From a virus, in IMG/VR virus record IMGVR_UViG_3300021468_000001, positions 1 through 64,000 of that record: DNA of 64,000 nucleotides; one strand, 5' to 3'. The position numbers were made by a program, and so were the translations under genes. Below are positions 58,465 through 64,000 of the stretch, one piece after another (the stretch's first letter is position 1; each line of letters opens with the position of its first letter). The notes beneath the pieces were generated by a model, which saw only the letters and a list, made by a program, of their open reading frames with translations, did not search any database and was not told the DNA's origin.

Positions 58465-58966
58465 ACTGCTGGCGGCCGTTGTCGCCGCGCATCCCGATAG
58501 ACGGGTTGTTTGTCAAGGCCGCCTTCAAAATACAGTCCTGCTCCTACAAAGCGCAGGTCTTTCAACCGACTACGACTACACAACGCATTTTCACAGACCC
58601 TATAGTGAGGGACTTCAAGCAGAAATCGGGCTGCTTGAACATATGGGACTTGCAGAAGGGCATCCTCCTCGTCCAGCGGAAGATAGACCCTGTTATGTCA
58701 TCAAGGCAAAGCCGAAAGCAGCGCTGAAAGAAGTGGAGGAGCAATTCGGAGACGCGATTCGATTGACAGCACAATCCGACCTCGAAGTTCTGGAGTTGGC
58801 GGCGACCTATGTGGTGTTTCGTGAGAAAGGGATGACGCACGACGAGGCGCTGGCAGTTATCCGTCGGAGAAAGGGCGCTGAGCGCGTAGCCAAAAACGAA
58901 AAGAGCATTTTTGAATTGCTTGATAAACTTGGGCTTCTGGAGGAGGAGCATCGTGAGTATTCCTGA
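58445..58966 (+). CDS. YwgA/SocA-like winged-helix protein, degenerate motifs
   Basis: GRLQNTVLLLQ...YDYTTHFHRPYSEGL...LELAAT resembles the RLQK...HFYGPYS..L family pattern. Confidence 0.6.
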   Translation: MAPERFRLLAAVVAAHPDRRVVCQGRLQNTVLLLQSAGLSTDYDYTTHFHRPYSEGLQAEIGLLEHMGLAEGHPPRPAEDRPCYVIKAKPKAALKEVEEQFGDAIRLTAQSDLEVLELAATYVVFREKGMTHDEALAVIRRRKGAERVAKNEKSIFELLDKLGLLEEEHREYS

Positions 58967-59213
58967 ATGGGCACGCGAGTTGCTTGACCGCATGGGGAAG
59001 GTCGAGGACAAGGTCGGCGACCTTTCCGAGCGCATGGGCAAGGTTGAGGCCAAACTCGGCAATCTTGAAGGCTGGCTTGACAAGCAGAACGGCCGCGTCT
59101 GGACTCTTTCGGAGCGGCAGGGGCGCCTGACCGGCAAGGTAGCGATACTCGTGGTCTTGACAAGCGCGGCTGTATCGGCTATATTTGGTGTGGTGTTGTC
59201 TCTTTTGAAGTAG
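58953..59213 (+). CDS. XhlA-like holin or lysis protein
   Basis: Coiled coil, KQNGRV, single C-terminal TM helix. Confidence 0.55.
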   Translation: MSIPEWARELLDRMGKVEDKVGDLSERMGKVEAKLGNLEGWLDKQNGRVWTLSERQGRLTGKVAILVVLTSAAVSAIFGVVLSLLK

Positions 59214-59224
59214 GAGGAAGGACG

Positions 59225-59380
59225 ATGGTGAGAAATCTCAACCCGCCCCGCGACGGACGGGGCAAAGGACGCGGGATGCCTGGCGGCGGGCGTCGGGGTC
59301 GGAACACAGGGCCCTGTAAGAAAGGCGGTCCGGGACACGGTCGTGGCGGAGGCCGTGGCGGAGGGCGCGGCCGTGGGTAG
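59225..59380 (+). CDS. 51-aa Gly/Arg-rich peptide (absent from ORF track)
   Basis: AGGAGG RBS; MVRNLNPPRDGRGKGRGMPGGGRRGRNTGPCKKGGPGHGRGGGRGGGRGRG; fills the gap between neighbours. Confidence 0.75.
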   Translation: MVRNLNPPRDGRGKGRGMPGGGRRGRNTGPCKKGGPGHGRGGGRGGGRGRG

Positions 59381-59609
59381 AGGAGCACGAATCGGCATCA
59401 TTCTCATTCTGTTCCTGCTCGTGACCGTAAGCGCCAGCTGCAACAGGGCGATGATACCTGTTAACGACCTGCGAGACTTCCGCGACTGCTACAAAGCGAT
59501 GGAGCAGGGGGTAACGTTCGATAAGCCAGAAGCGAGATCTATCTACGATGACCTGCGAAAGACACTTGATAACTGGCTTAAACCTTTTGAGGAGAACAAG
59601 GGTGAGTGA
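59373..59609 (+). CDS. Small lipoprotein (possible spanin component)
   Basis: Basic N-terminus, hydrophobic stretch, SAS-C lipobox-like site. Confidence 0.55.
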   Translation: MGRGARIGIILILFLLVTVSASCNRAMIPVNDLRDFRDCYKAMEQGVTFDKPEARSIYDDLRKTLDNWLKPFEENKGE

Positions 59610-59901
59610 CAAGATGAGTCTGGAAGAGGCTGCGGAAAAGGCCAAGAAACTGGCTACCCGCAGCGGCGCGAAGTCCACAGAGTTTTGGGCTGTGGCCGCT
59701 GCCGCCGTCGCTGGCGTGGTGATGTCCGTGTTCAAGGTCGGCGCGGAGCACTGGGTCGTCCAAATCATCTCGAACTGGCTACCGCTCGTCGGCGCGCTCG
59801 CCTATGCCGCCTTCCGGGGCCGGCTCAAAAAGGTCGCGCTCGACGTGCTGCCGATGCTGGTTGAGAAACTGAAAGAAAAAGAGAAGGAGCGTTCGATATG
59901 A
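59602..59901 (+). CDS. Holin
   Basis: GAKSTEFW then two TM helices, Y...RG..K, basic tail. Confidence 0.7.
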   Translation: MSDKMSLEEAAEKAKKLATRSGAKSTEFWAVAAAAVAGVVMSVFKVGAEHWVVQIISNWLPLVGALAYAAFRGRLKKVALDVLPMLVEKLKEKEKERSI

Positions 59902-60434
59902 TGAAAAATCTTTCGTTCAAAGAACTTTGGGAATACCTTGAAGAAAGAGCAAAGACAACTAAGGGGTGGCACATTTCAATTCGAGGAGAACCTGAGGAAA
60001 TTCTGCGGGCATTGAAGGGTATAATCCCGAAGGGTAGGATTCTTGAAGTTGGGGCTCGTGGCGGTCGGCTTCAAAAACTGTGTGATTCGCTAAAATATGA
60101 TTATGCTGGCGTGGAATTTTCGGAAGCGATGGTCGAAGGTAACGATGCGCTTCTTCCGGTTCGGAAACCGTCTGATTTGCCAGAGGGGCCTTTCGACTGC
60201 GTAGTTTTGAACACAACAATTTGTATGCTATCACGGAAGGCTGCGAAGTCTCTTGTGAATGAGGCGACAGCCCGCTTAAAAGAAAACGGGGTTCTGATTC
60301 AGGTTGATCCCAAAGCCAAAAGGCTGTTTACCCTCCCAGATGGGAATATGATTGAAGTTACGGCGTTCAGCGAACCACACGTAATCATTCACCGAAAGAA
60401 AGAAAAGGATGCCCGCTCCAGTCGTCGGCGTTAA
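59898..60434 (+). CDS. Class I SAM-dependent methyltransferase-like protein
   Basis: ILEVGARGGR, GVEFSEAM, GPFDCVV, LKENG. Confidence 0.75.
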   Translation: MMKNLSFKELWEYLEERAKTTKGWHISIRGEPEEILRALKGIIPKGRILEVGARGGRLQKLCDSLKYDYAGVEFSEAMVEGNDALLPVRKPSDLPEGPFDCVVLNTTICMLSRKAAKSLVNEATARLKENGVLIQVDPKAKRLFTLPDGNMIEVTAFSEPHVIIHRKKEKDARSSRRR

Positions 60435-61284
60435 GATTCATGGCGGAATCGGAAATGCGCTTCAGTCGTTGCCGTTAATTCGCCACCTTCAGTCCTTAGG
60501 GATTACACCGAATGTTTTACCTGGGCGATTAGAATCTGGCGGGATCTCAGATATTTTCCGGTGTCTCGCGCAACACGAAAGGGTGCTCTTTGATGCAAAC
60601 GTTATAATGCAATTTGTGCTAGATCTCCCCTATTTTAAGAACTGCGTTTCGCCCATGACGGGAATGCCGCTTTTTTGGCATGAAGTATTTGATGTTTCAT
60701 GGGGATGGCTTTCTGGTGAAGCGGCCCTTTACTTGAGGATGGCAACAACGGAAAAAACATTGCCTCCACCTCAGAAGTACCGTTTTTATCTAGATGCGGA
60801 TATAAAACGAGTTGAGCAATGGAAGGGGCGAACGGTGGTTTCTTTTGAGGGGAAGCGTAAACAGAAAATTAAACGGTATCCATTTGCGGTTGAAGTAGCA
60901 GAGCGTCTTCCGGGATCCGTTTTTGTTGGCCTTGAACGTCTGCCTGCACTTCCTGAGTCTGTCATCGACCTACGCGGAAAATTGAAACTAACGGAGGTTG
61001 CCGCTCTTTTGGGCAGTGCAAAAAGGTGTATTGCAAATGACAGTGGGATTGCTCATCTATCAGCCGCTGTTGGTTGTCCAACTTTTGTTATTTTTGGGCC
61101 AACATCTCCGTTAAAAAATAGACCGCCCTGGCCTTGGGTTGAGGTTTTCACGAAGCAAGAAGGATGCATTGATTGCCAGTCAAAGGGGGCAATGAAAGAA
61201 GATTGCCCGCTTTCAATGCCCCCGCCCTGCCTTTCAATCGATCCTGGCTATATCCTTGCCGAGTTTAAAAAAAGATTTCCTTGA
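60409..61284 (+). CDS. Glycosyltransferase family 9 (heptosyltransferase-like)
   Basis: GGIGN, DLRGKL.L, IANDSGIAHLSAAVGCPTFVIFGPT. Confidence 0.92.
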   Translation: MPAPVVGVKIHGGIGNALQSLPLIRHLQSLGITPNVLPGRLESGGISDIFRCLAQHERVLFDANVIMQFVLDLPYFKNCVSPMTGMPLFWHEVFDVSWGWLSGEAALYLRMATTEKTLPPPQKYRFYLDADIKRVEQWKGRTVVSFEGKRKQKIKRYPFAVEVAERLPGSVFVGLERLPALPESVIDLRGKLKLTEVAALLGSAKRCIANDSGIAHLSAAVGCPTFVIFGPTSPLKNRPPWPWVEVFTKQEGCIDCQSKGAMKEDCPLSMPPPCLSIDPGYILAEFKKRFP

Positions 61285-62230
61285 CTTTTGCCATCCACTT
61301 CTCAGCGCGGTGCCTATAAGTATGAAACCCATGCGCTTGTTTCCATGCGCTCTCTCGCTTTTCGTAAATCTCATCTTCTCCAATTGTTTCGATGATGTTT
61401 AGTGCAGACTCCACAATGTTAGATTTGCTCGTCCAAAACACCGAATCGCCGAATTCCAGTTTTAATTCTTGTCGCTCGATTGCGAGATAGCTTGCACCCC
61501 ACCCTGTCATTATGTAAATGCGGTTTGACCAATAATGGTCCATAACCAAATTGGGAGCATCAAGTACGATCTTATATTGCGGAATTACCTGCCCGAGCCT
61601 CCACCCATATACTCCACGCCTGATATTTTTTACTTTGCCATCCAGCCCTTCGATCATCTCTATCCGTTCTTTTTGATAGAGCATCCCAACGAAAAGGGCT
61701 TTTTTTCTAATAGGAACCGTTAGGAACGGCCACTTGCTTCTACAACCCTGTCTGATTAGAACCCAGTCAACGTGAGGGGCTAGATACTCCCATCGCCCAG
61801 TTGCAAATACTGGTATCTCAGACGGAACCTTTTTGAGAAAAATCTTTCTACTACGAGTGTCCATGCAATCAAAAGTGAAAAGTAGAAGTCTTGACTTATC
61901 TACTCTCTGCCATCCTGGCATGTCTTCTTTTCTAAGTGGAATCGCGACGATAGAATCTGGTGGGGCATCCAAAGGATCCCGAACAGCGTGGACAATAAAA
62001 TTACTTGCTGCTTTCTTGATATGATAAGGAGGGTTTGCCCTCGGCAATGGGAGCGGTCCTTCGTAGCTTGCCCCCGCCTCGCAGAATCCTTCAATTAGGT
62101 CCCACTCTGTTGGGATTTGCCCCCAAGGATATTGCGAGATTCTAATTACAAAGGTTAGGCGGGGGGACCGCCCGCGAGGTGCGGGATGGAGGGGCTCGCT
62201 CCGCACCCCGCGAGTTTTGCCCGGCCCCAT
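61265..62230 (-). CDS. GT-B glycosyltransferase (CgeB/YkvP-like)
   Basis: ALFVG, YWSNRIY..TGWG, HTYRHRA. Confidence 0.75.
   Translation of the reverse strand: MGPGKTRGVRSEPLHPAPRGRSPRLTFVIRISQYPWGQIPTEWDLIEGFCEAGASYEGPLPLPRANPPYHIKKAASNFIVHAVRDPLDAPPDSIVAIPLRKEDMPGWQRVDKSRLLLFTFDCMDTRSRKIFLKKVPSEIPVFATGRWEYLAPHVDWVLIRQGCRSKWPFLTVPIRKKALFVGMLYQKERIEMIEGLDGKVKNIRRGVYGWRLGQVIPQYKIVLDAPNLVMDHYWSNRIYIMTGWGASYLAIERQELKLEFGDSVFWTSKSNIVESALNIIETIGEDEIYEKRESAWKQAHGFHTYRHRAEKWMAKVKEIFF
62171..62214 (-). ncRNA. 14-bp hairpin with anti-Shine-Dalgarno loop inside the 5' end of the glycosyltransferase ORF
   Basis: CUCGCGGGGUGCGG/CCGCACCUCGCGGG; loop AGCGAGCCCCUCCAUC. Confidence 0.5.
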
Positions 62231-62236
62231 TTTTGT

Positions 62237-62671
62237 TTACTCCAAGGTTGGTTCAGGAATCGCATTGAAAACTGCGTCAAGATCAAGGAATGTGTCGAAC
62301 CGTTGATTGATAATTTCACGCTTTATGGCGCCGAATATAACTTTCAACCGCGATTCGCATTTTTCCTTCGTAAGCGGGCTTTTGGCAGTGCCTTCCCGCG
62401 ACTTGAAAATCGTTGGGCCAACACCGGGGATGGAAACACGCAAAGTTTGCTGAATAGGAATCGACTCCCCGCTTTTTCTGGGGAAATGAATGTCTGCTGT
62501 GCCCTCGTGAAAAACAAAGATTGGCTTCGGTATTGAAGAATGAACGAAAAGTACCGCCCACTCAGCTCTAGGAATTTTGCACCACCCCTCGTACGTAAGG
62601 CTCGTCCAGATAACGCCAATTGGGAGAGATGTTAGACTATCCATTTCGTTCCTCCTGTTGCGCGATTTCAA
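62237..62671 (-). CDS. Hypothetical protein
   Basis: Coupled to the upstream gene; the real start may be the internal Met after a GGAGG RBS. Confidence 0.65.
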   Translation of the reverse strand: MKSRNRRNEMDSLTSLPIGVIWTSLTYEGWCKIPRAEWAVLFVHSSIPKPIFVFHEGTADIHFPRKSGESIPIQQTLRVSIPGVGPTIFKSREGTAKSPLTKEKCESRLKVIFGAIKREIINQRFDTFLDLDAVFNAIPEPTLE

Positions 62672-63812
62672 TCAAATAAACTAAGAGCAAGACAACTTGT
62701 TCTTTGGAAAGATCGTCTATTTTGACCGGCGATGATGCGCTGAGTCCGATTTTTTCTTTGAACTCCTTTATCGCGGCAATAAACTTTTCCCTATCAGCGT
62801 GTTTTGCCCTTCGTCTCCATTCTGCAAGAACGTCTTTCCTCTGTTCTATGTTTTCGATTTTACTTGCGATTTCAGCCGCGAGTTTTTCTGCTTTTGCTTG
62901 TTTGGGCTCAGGTTTCGTCGGTTCTTCTTTGCTTTCTTTTTCTACGTCAAGTTCGGGTTCTTCACAAAGATCTTCCCCTTCAGAATGTTCACGAGGTTCG
63001 TCTTCGGTTTTTGCTTCCTTTTCTATCTTTTTCTTTTTAGGCCTACCACGCTTTTTCTTTTCCGAAGGCTTCGATTCCTTTTCCCCTCCCGTCGTTTCTG
63101 ATTCGAGATCCTTAATCAGTTGCGCTTCGATAGGTTCTTTTGTTTCGTCAGCCTCGTTAAAATGAGGTATTTCATCTTCTAGGAATAGTTCGGTCATGTT
63201 TTCACTGTACGGAACCAGGCTGATAATGGCACGCTTCCTGGCTCTCGTAATTGCCCGGCCAAAAGCCGCATGGATTTTATCAGACGTCTGGAGGCTGATA
63301 CCCTGGATTGGCGTTATTGTCATGCCGAAATCTGTGGAAACGCGGTTAAACCGGTCTCGTATCCGAACCTTTGCAACAACCCGAAGTGTTCCCCCGCCAT
63401 TTTGAACAACTTCATCCAGGTTATCAACAACAGAAAGTTCTTCTTCTTGGACGCCAAAAAAAGTGGCCATCTTTGTGGTTGCCTTCTTCAATGGTTGACA
63501 GGCAACGCGATAAGCCATCTCCTTTTCCTTCGCCATTTCGATCCACCTTTTTAACTCATCCTTTGATTGAGTAAACTTTTGTTTCCATTCATCAACTAAC
63601 TTCCCATTCTTGACCTTCTTGATTTTTATCGAGAAAATCCAAAGAAAATCGGAATCGTCCAGTATGTTGCCGACTGCCTTAAAAAGTGCCGAGTAGGACT
63701 TTGAAATTAAAGCAATCGTTTCTTCATCTGGAAGAATCACTCCGGTTTCTGGGAGAGATACCCCCATTTGTGCCTCGGGCGTGACTCTTGCAATACTAGT
63801 TTCTTCACTCAT
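62637..63812 (-). CDS. Putative single-strand annealing protein (Rad52/Red-beta-like)
   Basis: LKKATTKMATFFG, RAITRARKRAI, charged linker and C-terminal helical domain; adjacent to an exonuclease. Confidence 0.6.
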   Translation of the reverse strand: MSEETSIARVTPEAQMGVSLPETGVILPDEETIALISKSYSALFKAVGNILDDSDFLWIFSIKIKKVKNGKLVDEWKQKFTQSKDELKRWIEMAKEKEMAYRVACQPLKKATTKMATFFGVQEEELSVVDNLDEVVQNGGGTLRVVAKVRIRDRFNRVSTDFGMTITPIQGISLQTSDKIHAAFGRAITRARKRAIISLVPYSENMTELFLEDEIPHFNEADETKEPIEAQLIKDLESETTGGEKESKPSEKKKRGRPKKKKIEKEAKTEDEPREHSEGEDLCEEPELDVEKESKEEPTKPEPKQAKAEKLAAEIASKIENIEQRKDVLAEWRRRAKHADREKFIAAIKEFKEKIGLSASSPVKIDDLSKEQVVLLLVYLIEIAQQEERNG

Positions 63813-63826
63813 GACTTCTCCTTTCT

Positions 63827-64000
63827 TCAAACGACAACCCGACCTCTACCAAACTCACAGACGTCCCACCACCCGCACCACTTCTCGCTGCACCACCATC
63901 CCGATGTATTCGGAACAGGGCGCTCTTCTACCATCATCATCCCAACATTGCGAACAATTTGGGCGAAAGCCTCAATAGACTTTGCGTTAGGGGACGTTTT
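63827..64000 (-). CDS. C-terminus of a Cas4/RecB-like PD-(D/E)XK exonuclease (partial)
   Basis: Manual translation ...PVPNTSGWWCSEKWCGWWDVCEFG, three-Cys Fe-S tail pattern. Confidence 0.65.
   Translation of the reverse strand, partial: KTSPNAKSIEAFAQIVRNVGMMMVEERPVPNTSGWWCSEKWCGWWDVCEFGRGRVVV

Larger units (their letters stand above)
1..64000. mobile_element. Tailed dsDNA bacteriophage genome (partial, probably circularly permuted)
   Basis: Terminase, portal, protease, capsid, tail tube, tape measure and holin in canonical order; dense small-ORF arm; no host housekeeping genes and no integrase seen. Confidence 0.97.

Overview
The window is most of a tailed dsDNA bacteriophage genome (Caudoviricetes, probably long non-contractile tail; sigma70-type promoters and GGAGG ribosome-binding sites indicate a bacterial host). 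Two arms diverge from back-to-back promoters at about 26.74-26.94 kb. The left arm (minus strand, 1-26.7 kb, apparently continuing at 61.3-64 kb if the genome is circularly permuted) holds about 70 short, tightly coupled early/middle ORFs. These include an N4/N6 DNA methylase, an ERCC4 nuclease, two SF2 helicases, a DUF669-like SSB, a glutaredoxin, two HEAT-repeat proteins, a beta-clamp-like protein, an exonuclease/annealing-protein pair and many paralogous hypotheticals. The right arm (plus strand, 27-61.3 kb) holds an intein-containing terminase, portal, an ASCH-Dam methylase fusion, a nucleotidyltransferase-ligase-phosphoesterase fusion, a double protease/scaffold, major capsid, a triple glycosyltransferase, tail genes, a lysis cassette and further glycosyl/methyltransferases. 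The most unusual signals are: (1) a conserved extended RBS (GGAGGCCGAG) shared by many early genes, together with GC-clamped hairpin RNAs whose loops are antisense to such RBSs, suggesting an RNA-based translational control system; (2) a three-way-junction RNA with complementary loops and its own promoter and terminator at 20.76-20.96 kb; (3) about 530 nt with no TC or CC dinucleotide at the probable genome end; (4) DNA end-repair and methylation enzymes embedded in the head module. All calls come from reading motifs by eye; no database search was run.
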